A stretch of DNA of 62,522 nt, filler included, from Bipalium vagum (Eukaryota): NCBI GenBank assembly GCA_037834085.1. It is 3 parts of 3 records of this genome, joined end to end, with 100 filler letters (N's around TTAATTAATTAA, not from the genome) between each part and the next. Parts side by side here need not be neighbours in the genome. Positions count along the whole stretch, not along the records: positions 43,550 to 62,522 come from JBBMKC010014447.1; 2 more parts are not named here. One strand, given 5' to 3'. The notes beneath the pieces were generated by a model. It did not search any database, had not been told where the DNA came from, and saw only the letters and a list, made by a program, of their open reading frames with translations. The number at the start of each line of letters is the position of its first letter. Position 1 is the stretch's first letter. Positions 48,640-62,522 of the stretch are shown here, one piece after another. A program made the position numbers and the translations under genes.

Positions 48640-49770
48640 TATTGTATATCAAGTTAAACACTGCATCTAATACTGTGATTTGAAAACAAATTTCATGACC
48701 AGATCGTTAATATTTATATTATTTAAGGTAATTAATCAATTATGAACACTAACGAAATCCAGGTAATTTTTCTTTACTTTAATAAATAATTTTACTTCTT
48801 TAATAAATGAGGCCTGAAGTTCTCATACAAAAAAACCATATAAACGAGGTATGTGCTGAAAGTACAGTTAACAAAAGTTCAAATAAGAAAACGAAAGACT
48901 TTAAGATCAACGGCATGATAACCGATCATCAGCCTTTGGCAAGAATAAATCAATGGCATTTGTCAAAATTGATCCACTAACAACATCCAGACAACTTACC
49001 AAAAAATTGGACGAAGGTTTTTGAACAATTCCGAGCTATAAGTTATATCTTAAAACAATAAAAAACGAAGAAACTCAGCTAATATGAATTTAAAGAAAAA
49101 AAGAAAATAGAGTTATGAATGTGGTTTGGGCTGCTTATTAGTAACAGAAACGACTCCTTTCTCAACTGTATATTGACCTGGATTAGAAATGGATAATCTA
49201 AAACAAATGACAGCAGTCTAATCAGTTGTTGAATTAATACGAAGCACTGAAAACTTTCCACAACAGAAATTGCCTAAAGAAGGTAATGTTGATCATTTGG
49301 TGGTCAGAATTCGGTCTTATTTATCACAGTTTCTTGAAATCAGATATCACGGTAACGGCGAAGAAATACATTCAAAAAATGGAAGACCAGCATTGGTCAT
49401 CAATACTGTTCAAATACTCTTACACAACCCTTGCTCAAACGTCTCAAAATGACTGCAAAAATCTATTATGAAAACTTGCCTCATCCCATTTATTCCCAGA
49501 CTCTGAGACTACAGATTACTCTTTCTTCAAGCATCTTAGCAATTTTCTTAACCAGAAATGCTTCAAAAACTAAAGTGTTACCGAGACGGCCTTCACAGGA
49601 GCTCTAGAATTCTTGCTCTTTATGTTGAGGGAATTAACAAATCTGTTTCTAAATGCCCGAATTTTATGAATAGTAAAGAATATTGTTTTAAATGATACAT
49701 TTCACTATGAAATATTATGAATACTCTTGTTTTAAAATCAGCCAGTAAAAATTGATATATTTTCTTTATA
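48640..49770 (+). mobile_element. Near full-length degenerate mariner (cecropia/Hsmar1-like)
   Basis: MNTNEIQVIFLY start at 48742, KWII region, K.MLIIWWS..GLI, and HP.YS...TDYSFFKHLSNFL. Many stops and frameshifts. Confidence 0.75.
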
Positions 49771-49929
49771 ATCCAAACAGTAACTTAAAAACAAATATTT
49801 TTGTATAATTTAAAATGTTTTTATACTGATAATTTTTTTTTATTATTTTCATATAAAAATAAACAAAATAAATTTTAAAATGATTCATTAAAATGATAAT
49901 TATTAATAAAATTTTGAATGGGAAACATC

Positions 49930-50453
49930 ATTATTGAAAAGGCACACATTTTCCTTCCTTCTGAATCTTTCCCATATCACTCAAACGCCTTGAAATAGCT
50001 TGTTGAGTAACATTCAGTGATCAGCTAATTGTATTTGAGATTGGGCATCACTTTCATCCAACAATGCTTGCAAATCATGGTCTTTAAAGTTTTTTGGCTG
50101 GTGTCCGTGGGGTTTGTCGTTCAAATCAAAGCTACAGTCCTTGAATCGTTTAAACCAGTGCGACATGTTCTTTCTGCTACAAATAACTACCATAAGCCTC
50201 TATCATTAGTTTATGCGTATCACTAGCATTTTTCTTTAAATGAAATAGAAAAAGCAATGCTTCCCGCATGTATTGTTTATCAGGTACAAATGACGTCATC
50301 TAAAATGAAAATTATTACATTATTTAAAAACGTGTTTACAAATTCTTACACTATTATAGATAGCGCTTAAAATGCATATTATTTAGACAACAATTTACAT
50401 TATTTAAATTATAACTAAAAATGTATACAAAAAAATCAAGGTTGTAGACCTAA
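49930..50453 (-). mobile_element. Mos1-like mariner 5' half
   Basis: MTSFVPDKQYMREALLFLFHLKKNA..WFKRFK..FDLNDKP..LQALLDESDAQSQ..LNVTQQAISRRL, with TIR ttaggtctacaac on the minus strand. Confidence 0.85.
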
Positions 50454-51266
50454 TAATTTTAATGGATTAAAACAAATGACATTTAAACATAATTTAAAAT
50501 TAATAATGAAGAAAATATAAAATATTATCAACTTAATAATCATTGCCTTAATAAATTATTTTTCATTTAAAAATTCAATTCATTTTTAAATACTCTAAAA
50601 CTGCTCAATGCTCTTTTCCGTGTACATTAAAACAATAATGAACAATTTTCTTAGATCTCATTTGCTTAAATGATATGGAACGAAGAATAAGGTTAGAACT
50701 GAAGCATATTTTAAGATTTATTTATGGTTGATAAAATTTATATTTTCTTCAAATTAATTTGTTTTAATGGACCATATTTTCTAATATACTTCAGATTGAG
50801 AAAATAGAACAGAAAAATTAGTCAGCTTTGAAAAAATTAAATGAAACCGAAATTCGTTATTCAATCCTCCAAATTCGTTATTTATATTCATTTCTTAATT
50901 TGCACCGGAATTTGATCTTTGGATGTCTTTCAATGATATTTCGATAACGATTTAATACATCTTTTAATTATTATCAGTTACCATGTTTCAGAGAACTGAA
51001 GAAAAAGAGTGAAATTATTGAAATAATTTCTAAATTATAAAACGAGAAAATATTAAAGTTAAAATAATTATCCGGAAAGAGTTTATTATGAAAAAAATTA
51101 TTTTCCACTGTTGAATAGATTGAATAAAATTTTATTATTTTCAACAATTATTCCAGCTTCCTTTGTAACCGAACAGATTTATCTCTATTTAAAATAAAAC
51201 AAATCTTAAAAATTTTCAATTATAAAAAAAAGATTTATAAAAATATTTATAAATATTATTATTATA

Positions 51267-51900
51267 TTAGGTGTACAACTATGACTCTGGCTGTTTTCTA
51301 AAATGATAATAAAAATTTCTTTTGCATATAAATCTAAATTATATTGAATTGATTTATAAACAAAAAACGTACCGTTTGCTTCGAGATACCTATGAAGAAC
51401 GTGCTCCTTCGATGACCACATGAAAAGATTGGTTTTGCCGTTTTAGAAATGACCAATATGATACGAACGACAAGGAGGATGGGAAGGCACAAAAACAATG
51501 TGAAGATAGAGATTTGAGAAGACTGCTGGAGGCAGACCCATGCCAAACATAATCTGATCTGGCTATTGCATTAAATGTGACTCAACAATGCATTTCAAAA
51601 AGTCTGGCAGCTTTAGGAATTACTCAAAAATTAGGAATTTGGATTGCACATGAATTGACAGAAAGATGTATTGACCAGCGAAAAACAATTTGTGATGTCC
51701 TTCTTCAGAGACAAAAAAGGAAGTTTTTTGCATCGAATTATCACAGGAGACGAAAAATGGATTCATTATGACAATCCAAAACGCAAAGCAGCTGTGGTGA
51801 TGCCAGGTGAACCTGGTCCATCAACACCGAAACAAAATATCCACGATTTAAAAGTTATGCTGTGATCCGGATCAGAAAGGAGTGATCTATTATTCGTTCC
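51267..51900 (+). mobile_element. Mos1-like mariner, 3'-truncated
   Basis: TIR ttaggtgtacaact; NVTQQCISK..GIWIAHELT; FLHRIITGDEKWIHYDNPKRK..PGEPGPSTPKQNIH..KVML. Confidence 0.9.
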
Positions 51901-54244
51901 TATTATTTACAAATTGCTTCAACAATTAATTTTGAATAACAATTTCCTCATTATACTTTTTGATGATTTGAAAGGTTATCATAAGTATCAGGAAGCCTTC
52001 ATTGTTTTTTTTAAATGAGTATTTTTAATATTGAAACAGGTTTTTTATTTTGACCATCAGTAAGTCCGTGAAGCGACCATATTTTTATCTTTCCTTCCTT
52101 ACCCATCTGTATTAAATGTCGATTAATTGTTTACCTGTTAATTCATAATCGTGAACTAATCCTATTAAGTGTTTCACATAAACTTTTCTATATTTTAAAG
52201 ATTCCTATTCAGATTCATAATCCATATTATGCAACCTGCTAGAACTAGTTAGGAGTGTCTGATAAATAAAGTCTCAGACATTTTCTGACATCAACAGCAT
52301 CCGGATAGATTTCGTTAATTGATCATACAGCGTCTGATGCCATTATACAATAATGATAGTCGCAAATCATCTTGTAATCTGCATCAAGCACTTTCTCTAA
52401 CATGTACATATATACATATTTTTTTCAGAAAATATGCAAAGATTAAATTCAATTCAAAAATCGCCAAAAAGTAAACGATTTTGATATATTTAAACAATTT
52501 ATTAATTGATCGAATATGAATTATTAAAAACATTACTTGTCTGTCGACTTAATAAAAACAGTAATAATAGCTATTTTAAAAAAACTCAAAGTAAATAAAA
52601 ATGGAAAACTAATTTGAACACTGTTCCATATAAATAATATCAGCTGTAATTTAAAAGTCAGCAAAAATAACAAATAAATTATTATTAAAAGAAGTATATT
52701 CAATTTAATAATCTTTAACCTGTATAAGCACAGATTAATCGTCAATTTACAACGAGGTATTTCGTGTTAGGCTCAAGTCAGATAATTCTTATTCAGGTTT
52801 TGAGCTTAACGGAATTAACTTTCATTAAAGATCAGAAATTCAATCAACTTTTATCCTTTCCAAAGAGAATTATTTTCAAATTAAAATATTATTTATTTTT
52901 GCCAAAAAATTACAGAATGAAATTGTTTTATTAATATGGCCAAATCGTTTTTATTGAGTCAAATATTTCAGAAATTCGTTGTTAGAGCTTTTACAATAAA
53001 AATGATTATAATAAAAATATAATTATGAAAATATAAATTGATATGGTGATTATATTATGGGGATGAAGAATCGGAAAATGAAATCGATATGATTCTAATG
53101 TGATTTCTTTCCATCAATCCAGTACGATTATCGAAGAAAGAAACCTTCACTTAGTACACATGTCCATGTGATAACTTTCTTCGTTATGAGCGCTGTCTGA
53201 AGACAAAAGAGATGACAACCTCGCCATTCCCATGTTTCAATCATTTCTTCAGTACAATACTGAGATTGAGTCAGTCTCATTCCATTTCTAATTTCCAATC
53301 TTCCAATCTCAAATCATATAATTTATTGAAAAGTATGCTTGATAGTGCAAAATCACATTTTAATTTATAATTTTATTTGTGTAATAATGTATATATTATA
53401 TTTTTATATATTTCTATGTATGTTCTTGTGTTCAACAGTCCCAATAGGACAATAATTATTTTTATTTTGTTTTTTGTTTTCCTTTCTTTTAAGTAAATAA
53501 TAATAATTATTATTATAATAATAAAAAACAAAAAAAATAATAATAAAATAGTCATAATATTAATAAGTTATTATTATTATTTAATTTTAAAAATAAATAA
53601 TAAAATAATAATTCTCGTGAACTCTACTTTGCTTACATGAGATATTATTACATATATAACATTATATATTACCAGTACTTTCATACTGTTTTTCTTATCC
53701 TTCAATAATTAATATTTCTTAACGAATAAAATGAAATAAGCTAAAATTTTTCATAGTTCCATATTAAAATATTTATTTTATTTATTTCAATTAAAAAATA
53801 ATAAAATAATTTATTTACATTTTTTATAAATGATTAATGTTTATGGTAACGGGCATGATTTTAATGAAACGGTATTAATTATAGATAGAAAGTATGAGAA
53901 GTGCAGGGAATGTGATTACAAGCTGAGTTATTTCTCCTACTTCAAGGGAATAAAAATCAATTAAATTTTAAATTCAGAAATAATACTTAATAATTAATGA
54001 GAATATCCTCCATAACGATGCTTAAAATTTTCTTTTTCATCAATTTTATTTTGAATATTATAAGAACAAGAGAAAATATTTTTTACAACTTATCGTGGTT
54101 TGAGAAAAATTTAAATATTAATAAAAGAGCGTAATTCTTTTTATTGTGTAAATAAATAAAATGTTAAAATGAAGAGACAGACTCAATAATATTTTTTAAA
54201 AATTTGGAACTATTTATATTGATGAAATTTATTAGGAATGGATC

Positions 54245-54580
54245 GAATTACTGAGCTTAGAGTGTGATGTTTTGTTTCATCCACGATACTCACTTGACGT
54301 GGCTCCTAACGACAACCATTTATTTTGTCATTGCAAAAGTCTTTGTACGGGAAATCTTGCAGTGATGATGATTCATTTAAAACGCACTTTGATTCGTTTT
54401 TTTGAAAAAAGCTCAAGGCGTTCTGCGAATGGGGAATAATGACATTGGTGAAAAGATGGGTGGAGGTCATTAATCAAAATTGACAATACAGAATTGATTA
54501 AATTTACTTTTTATCAATAAATATTTTGAAGGTTTTATTCTTCATTAAAACCGGAAACGGACTTATTTCCCAATTCAATA
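54245..54580 (+). mobile_element. Mariner 3' fragment with TIR (mellifera-like)
   Basis: DVLFHPRYSLDVAPNDNHLF..GIMTLVKRWVEVINQN; terminal aacggacttatttcccaattcaata. Confidence 0.8.
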
Positions 54581-56232
54581 CAGAAAATATACAGAAAAGT
54601 GACCTATACACACATACGAATGAATACGTGAAATTCAATAATACAACAATAATTTTAAAGTAATAAAATTTTTTCAATCAATGTCTACACCTTTACTTTT
54701 CTTAACTTTAAGACTACTACCAGCAAAAGAAAAATTCTATCTCGAAAAAATGTTCCAAGTCTTAAATGACCACATATTAAATAAAAGAGTTTTGGTAGAG
54801 ATTTTTTGTAGAGAGATATTGTTGAATGTCAAAAGTGAAATTCAAAAGGAACACAGGGTATACCCTATCTTTTGTCATTTTTGACAATTTAAATCTAGGT
54901 ATTAACTTGGCTTAAAAGAATGCCAAGCATCCATTTAATAGTTAATGCTGAAATTCCCGACTTTGTTTGTTTTTATCTTAATTTACAAAACACATCAATG
55001 ATATCTCTGATTTACAAACCAACCAATTATAATTATTATTAAAATACGAATTTATCTCGAAAAAATACTTATTGGTCATCTGACCAAAATACCAATTATT
55101 ATATTAAAATTACATTCCTGTGTTGTCATTTTTAATAATAATATAAGATCAAAGCAATACTAATTTGTTTCATTAAATCCGATTACTTAGACAAACTTTT
55201 AAAACATGGACCTCACCTTTTTTAAAAACTAAATTATTTACTTTATAAAAATTTACCAACAATTATTTAAAATATTAAAAAACTGTAACTTAATAATTTT
55301 TTAAAAATTTAAATTATAAACATTTAAAAATTGTTAATTTAGGCGTGAGGTCCTTATTTAAAAATTTCAAGCAAACTTATTGTTCGAACCACTCCTTACA
55401 ATTAATATAATAATAATATACGACTATTCTATGTAGACCAGACGCTTAAATCTCACGATCTTAATCTAAACGTAACAAAATGTATTTAAGAATGTGCCAG
55501 GACACATCAGAGATGATTTTTGAAAGGTTTAACGAATTGAGCTGGTAACGCATACCTAATACACTGTGCAACCCTAACTTGGAGACCCTAACTAATACTG
55601 ATACAAAGTTTTAATCATGGGAACGGTCGATATTTTACTGTTATTACCCCAAATGATGGGTGAAAAAATCTAACTGAAAATCACTCAGAATCACTAACGG
55701 ATTAATCAGATTTCCTTTAACCCCATTTTTGTTTTAACGAACAGTTAAATATAACGACTTTATTGAATATTCAAACAAATGTGACGGAATTTACCATAAT
55801 TTGCCCAGTCTAAAAAACGAGCCAAAAATAATTTTCGTCTGCAAAATGAATATTTTCCTTTCGACGTGAATTCGACTTGAATGAAAAAAAGTTTTTTTTA
55901 TTTCTTCGGGATTTCAAATACCAAAAGCAAAAACTGAACAGAATTTTTATTTTTAATCACGTAAAAATATCTCAGGTAAAGTCACATGGAAAATAATCTT
56001 GTGAAAATATAAAAAATATTTACCCCATTCCCTGTGCGCATTCCTCGACCTATTTGTCGAATGGAGATGAAATTATATAAAAATTATCGCAACTTTTTAA
56101 GGTCTCCTTCATGGTGGACCCGATTCAGATGAGGCAGGAAATTTCAATAACAAAAATAATCAAAGACGAAGAAGAAGAAACATCACAAAAATGTTGACAT
56201 TACATAAATTAGTATCATCTCTTCGAAACTTA

Positions 56233-56233
<1 letters not shown>

Positions 56234-56307
<74 letters not shown>
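56234..56307. repeat. (ATT)n microsatellite
   Basis: Perfect ATT run; it is the source of the spurious poly-Asn ORF. Confidence 0.95.
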
Positions 56308-56308
<1 letters not shown>

Positions 56309-58758
56309 AAATTGTGTAGTTTTTAATATTAAATACACATTTGTATCAGATGTCTTTTTAAGCACTTTTTAATTAATTTTATTGATATTTTTCGAGTTAT
56401 TCTTAACTTATTATTTATATTATCTTTAATAAAATAATAATAAAATTAAAAATAAAATTAAAATTATATAATAAATAAATAATAATAAAAAATAAAATAA
56501 TATATAAATAATAAAAGTAACCATAAAATAATTATAATATTAAAATATAAATTAAAAATTAAGAAAAATAATTTTAAAAAATAAATAAAAAATAAACATT
56601 AAATAATATAATAAAAAATAATATTAATAATATTAATAATATCAATAGTTAAAGAAAAATTGTAATTAATGTCAAATTACTTAATATTAAATTTTTCTGT
56701 TGTAAAGAAAATGATCATCTCAAAATGTTAACGTAAATGGCTTTCCACCATAAAATTATAATGAGAGATAAATTATTGATCAATACCATACTTAGAGTTC
56801 AGTATGACCTGGTTAAGTTAATTTAATAAGCCTTTGATGAAACTAAGACCCTTATTCGAAGACATCTAATGTCATCAAGACAAACCCATGTTCTCTCTCA
56901 TCATCAAGTGTTTCATGCAGATCTTGGTGATTGAAGAGAAATTCATACAACATTAAAGTTTAATTAATAATATAGTCGTACGATACAGCGATATAACAAA
57001 ACGTCCTGAAGCTTTCAAGTCTTAAAATATCATTAAAAATCCGGATATCAATTTGCACACAAATGACATTGAATTTTTCGATTAACCTGAGATCTTTAGA
57101 CTTTCCAATAAAATGAACCTTTTAATTCTTTCCAGGTCGAAATATTGACCTCCTGAATATGAAAAGTGCAGGTTAATTTGGTTTAGTGATTTTCGATAAT
57201 GGACCCGATTATTTCATATTATATTATTTGATAAAACATTCTTCGAAGTATGCTAAAATACTTAATTATACAACCCCTCCATGAGACCCTATCTTTCATT
57301 GGTAAATGAAATCAAATGGAGTTTTATAAAATCCTTCGTAAAATTAAATGGGAATCATATTTTGATTCATTTAAGAAATGTAACGAATTTTATTTGATTT
57401 AAATTTCATTCGATTGCGATATTGCCAAATTCATCAATTAAAACAATCATAATTTTAACATTTTAGATGGAAATGTCTGGTAAATTTCTTTATGAAGTCA
57501 AAATTAATTTAATAAAAGTATTGGATTGGTACACATATGATTGGAGATTTTTTTACCAAAGTCTTTGAAGTTCAAAAACCCTTTCAAAAATTTATTAATC
57601 AAAAATATAATCTTTTGGATTTTAGACAAATCTGTCAATAAGAATAGCTTAGACAAGGAAGAGTTGAATATTGAAAACTAATTTTATCATTCAGTGTGAC
57701 ACTTCTTAAGATCAATACATTTGCTCAAATCTATTTAAGCCAAAACCATGATTTTTGTTTTCTTTTTCATTATAGGGATCAGGATTTACAATGATTCTTA
57801 TAAAAAGAAGACGTTGTAGTTGGATTTCTTTGTGCTAAAAATTGATAAATCGAATAGACGTTATCCTTGTGCATGTAGTCCAGAATTTGTGGTCATATGA
57901 GAAAAAACTGTTCCTATTGGTTAAAATGTGTTGTCACACCCATCACAGTCGAGACATAGAACCAATCGCTTATCATTTATTTTTTTCTATTATAAAATAC
58001 TGTAAACATTAATGCTAAAATAGTAAAAACAGTGTAGACTTTCTGAAAAATTACAAAATATTATTAATAACATTTATCACCATAGAAATTTAATTAGTTA
58101 AATTTATTTATTATATTAAACGTTTTGTAAATTTACATAAGTACAATAAATGATTCACGTTTTCATTAACACAAACTTATCAAAATCAAAGTGACATTTG
58201 ATTTTTCATTTATTAAAATTATTTATTTTCCTCTTTAATCGAGTTCATAATGATATCCTCAGACCTTTTTAATTAAAAATTAATAATAATATTTGATAAT
58301 AATTATCTAAATCTTCGAAGTGGTCTCATTTTCAATTGACAGTTTATTTCAAGTAAGAAAGAGAGAAACGTCTTACATTTTTAAAAAACCACAACCTTCA
58401 CTTTTATAGAGAAAATATCAGGAAAAAGATTCTATAAAGACTTATAGATATAAAATGAATTAAATTAATTTGAATCATTTTAATTAATTTAATGAACCTT
58501 TAATAATTTCCCAACATTGTCATGATCACAACGAAAACAGTTTTCACATGAATGAAACTCCAATGAAAACACTTTTGTAAATTTGAATGAAGAAAAACGT
58601 ATAAAAATTAAGTGACAGATTAATTATTTTATTAATAAAATTTGACTTTTAACAATTTAATTATAATAAAATATTTTTATATTTACAATTATTAATTAAT
58701 ACTAATATCATGGTCACGTCTTCTCGATACTATAAGCGATTCCTTTAAGAATTAATCT

Positions 58759-58794
<36 letters not shown>

Positions 58795-60200
58795 TTTATT
58801 GTGATTAATTAAATATAATTAGTTTAAAATGATTTTCAAAAATAATCGTTAATTATTTATATATCCTGCATTAATTATCGTGGCTGTAAATTAACACCCA
58901 AGGAATTTTAATCCATAATTATGAACAATATTAAGACGTGATTCTGCCGTTCATTGTACCGGGCTGTGGGACACGTTTTCATACATTGACCAAATGACAA
59001 GATAAAATAAAGCAATTATATTTGACATTTTCGGATAATTTTTTCTGAAACATGCCACCCAGGGATTTATTTTTCCCGTTTTAGTTTTGAATTGACCAAG
59101 GGTGGTGGTTGCCAATAAAAACACAAATTCAAGATATATATCAAACGTCGATAAATCTTCATTTTGCCATCAAATTGCATTATGGGATGGCCCGGCCTCA
59201 TCAACATCCATCGAATTAGGAAAATTGAACAATTCGAATAAATTATTGAGACGAAGCCAACAAAGAGCCAAAAGGGAAGCGTAAAACGACGTTGTCCTTG
59301 CATTGAAACCAATTTTCCCAGTGAACCGTGAGAGGCAACGAATTCGTACAGCTTTCATTTATCAAGCATTGTTGACAATCGGTGGCAATGTTTATTGGTA
59401 ATGTTTTGAAAAATTAATATCAATTTACTCTGATCAGTTCATATTCGCTGCTGAAGAAATGAGAGTCATTAGGAATCCTTAATTAGTATTGATTTGATCT
59501 CTCATATTTCCTTTCTCCAGCATGAGACTGCAAATTGGATTTGGGTTCTTGTTTGCCGGTTTTGGCAATAATACTTCGACAAGGAGTCCATTTAGGCTGG
59601 TAGTCTTTTTTCGCAAGACCAACGCTCTTGCTTTTGTTTTTGATAATTTTTAACAAGAAAAATAGTTCCAGGAATTATTATCAGTTTTCGGGAATCAATT
59701 TTTTTGTTTTAATCGATATTTGTTTATTTATTTTTGAAAGGTTGGAATAATTTCGAAATATTTTTTAGGTAATTTTTTTCACTTTTAAATATATTAAGTT
59801 CTTTCCAGAGAACAGGATAAATATAACTTTATAAATAAAATTATTTATTATTATTTTATTTTATTATTACTATTATTCTATTAATATTATTTTTTATTAT
59901 TTTATTATTTTATTATTATAAAAATTTATAAGTCACGATCTATATATTTAATTTTTTATAAATTATTTATATATTAAGTAAAAACGAAAATAATAAAATT
60001 ATTATTATTAATGAAACATGAAACATTTTATTATTATTATATTAATTTAATTTATTTATTTATATTTACTTTTGTTTATATTTAGTTCTCTGAATTTATT
60101 AATAAAAGTAAATTATTAAAAATGCTTCTCATTTAATGTTTTATTTCGAATGAAAATATTAAATTAATTAATTAAATAAATTAAAAAATATATTTCTTTA

Positions 60201-60830
60201 CCACATTTTTCGGAATGTAAGGTGCACTTAAAATCATTATATTTGCCAGAAAATCGACATTTTGCCTTATGTATGAATTCTAAAATTATATTTTTAAAAA
60301 ATTTGGTTTTAAAATAAGCAAGGCAAATTATATTAATTTATCGAATAAAACGTTTTTGTTTAAATAACTGGCATGTTTTTAAAAAATAAATATTATTATA
60401 AGAATGTCTCTTTATATTGCAGGAGACAACTGATTCGAGCTTTTCTGGGGAAGATGAGGTCTTCAAATTTAAATCCCTCAAAAGACATTCTTATGCAGTG
60501 AATTGCAAAGTTTTAATCAGCCACGCGGTACATGGGAATAGAGCAGTTGTGAAAAAATTGAACGTTAATGATTCAATAGTTTTGAATTAGAGAGAAGTAA
60601 GAAGATGCCTTGCGCCTAGTAGGGAAAACAAGAAAGCTTCCAAAGCAAATTGATTAGTTGATTGCTAAAGAGAGAACATCAGGTAGGAGTGTCTCGATTT
60701 AAGATATCAGTAATAGCATGTGATATAACGATCAATTAGGTCCTTATTGGTGATTCCGTTTTATGACCTCACAACAACTACCTAAAGTTTACGAAGAAAA
60801 GTAAACGATTAATGATTAGGAACATTTTTA
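60201..60830 (+). mobile_element. Pogo-like (Brinker DNA-binding, POGK/Passer-type) transposon remnant
   Basis: Terminal ccacatttttcggaatgtaaggtgcacttaaaatc after TA resembles CCGTATTTTTCGGACTATAAG.CGCAC. KRHSYAVNCKVLISHAVHGNRAVVKKLNVNDSIV resembles the BrkDBD domain. Confidence 0.7.
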
Positions 60831-62447
60831 AATTCGTCCTGATTAATTTTATTTAAATTAAAAAAGAAATTATAATTATCCAAATCTCAATAAAAAGTTC
60901 ATATAATACATGACTTTAAAACACATAAAAATCAATAAAAATTGATCAAAAACATTTGAGCATTATTAATTATTAACAATCATTTACTTTTCTTTTTATA
61001 CTATTACTGTTATTGTCATTATTATTACTTTATATTCTCAATATTCTTGATATTCTTATCAATATTTACTCTGATTATACTTATAATCTTTACTATATTC
61101 GTCATTACTACTTACTCTCTCGCTCTTTCTCCTCTCACAACACCTCTGCTTCCTCTCTCATTGGATGAATTTTCAGGGCATATTAACAGATGAGCTGAGG
61201 CGACCAAAAACAAAAAGAATACACAAATCAAAAGAAGAATATAAAAATCAATGAAGAAGATGGTACTAAATTCATATTTTCCTCGAAAGAGGTGTTTTCC
61301 ATAAATAAATTTTTATTAAATTGCTTTTATTATAACATTAATATTACACATGTACCATTTTCATTTCAAGTTCAACAATTGTTCCTGTACGTTAAATTGT
61401 AATCGTGAAAAGTCAATTATATTTACAATTCAAAAATGAATGATAGGGAAAGACGCAACGAATATTATATTAATGATAATATAATATGATAATATAAATT
61501 TTTCCTATGGTAATATTATACAAAATTAGAGTAACATTTTGCAGAGGAAAAACAATTCGATTAAATTTGAAATAAAAATAAAACAAAATTATTATTTAAA
61601 TTTAATTTAAATTAAGGGTGATAATCGATTAATTTTTTAATTCAAATATATTTATATAAATAAATAATAATTATAATTATTACTCGTTAGTAATGATATT
61701 TAAGATGATTATTTATTATATAAAAATAATATAATATTTCTTCAAATATTTTATAAATGTTTTTTATAAGTGTAAAAATTTTCTATTTTATTTTTTCCAA
61801 TTTAGAATTTTTATTATTCGTCCATTTTTGTTAATTTTATCTTAGAAATCGCTGATTTATTTATTTAAGTATTCACAGCAGAATTGATAATTAAATTTAT
61901 TAACCAAGAAGCAAAGTTAAATTTTTCACCATTCATGGAAAATATAAAACAAAATAAAAAATAAAATAATCGAAAGAGAATAATCATTAACCGAATTCAG
62001 GAATAAAAGTTGGGTTTGCCATAAAACCCAGCGAAACTCTCATCTGATTTTATTTAAATATTTATTTGCCATTTTCGTTCATAAAATCAGTGAAAATTTA
62101 TCAGAATTTATTTCAAAAATACGAATAAATAAAATAAAATCTCCGAAACAATTTTTCGTTTTAAGGAACATAAAATTTGTACATTGATTTTTATTAGCTT
62201 CATCTAAAAGGCCCTAATTGATATTTGGAAATGAATTTTGAAATGTGAAGTTCATCTTTCGCCGTAATTTCTGACATTACTTCACCACACTTTACTTTGT
62301 TTATGTTTATGAAAGAAAATATTGGAAGAATGTCGATAATTGCCAAAATATATTTTTAATGTATTAATTTATTAAATAAAAATAATATATATGAATGATT
62401 AATAAAGATAATTATTGAATTTAGATCAATACTTCTTTTAAAGATAA

Positions 62448-62450
<3 letters not shown>

Positions 62451-62522
<72 letters not shown>
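62451..62522. repeat. (ATT)n microsatellite
   Basis: Perfect ATT run to the window end. Confidence 0.95.

Noticed and set aside
56183-56365. Poly-Asn ORF, and the poly-Ile/Tyr ORFs at 29441 and 53373
   Set aside because: Translations of ATT/AAT microsatellites.
59067-59358. Three overlapping short ORFs in a GC island
   Set aside because: No homology or splice support; more likely regulatory or UTR sequence.

Overview
Very AT-rich metazoan genomic DNA with short (about 40-60 bp) spliceosomal introns. It is flatworm-like, but the taxon cannot be proven from this window. Three contigs are joined by two artificial 100-bp N/TTAATTAATTAA spacers. Host genes reconstructed by hand: TMEM107 (4 exons, one intron with a U12/minor-type donor), a Mn-type cation diffusion facilitator (8 exons), an intronless TUBGCP5 whose 3' part is tandemly duplicated (1983-bp unit), a SEPT2-group septin (7 exons), an LRR-Ig-TM receptor exon, and two paralogous orphan secreted Cys/Gly-rich peptide genes with identically spaced TATA boxes. 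Intergenic DNA is full of decayed DNA transposons (Tc1/IS630, several mariner types, DD41D, pogo/Tigger, Brinker-type pogo, Merlin, Chapaev) and one Penelope GIY-YIG fragment. The most notable unexplained structures are (i) a 244-bp miniature LTR element with PBS, PPT and self-complementary, co-varying 54/60-bp LTRs, and (ii) fossil Polinton/adintovirus-like virion genes (PLA2, lytic/core protein, penton, packaging ATPase, major capsid), with two penton-ATPase cassettes arranged as an inverted repeat. All family assignments rest on motif recognition by eye; no database searches were run.
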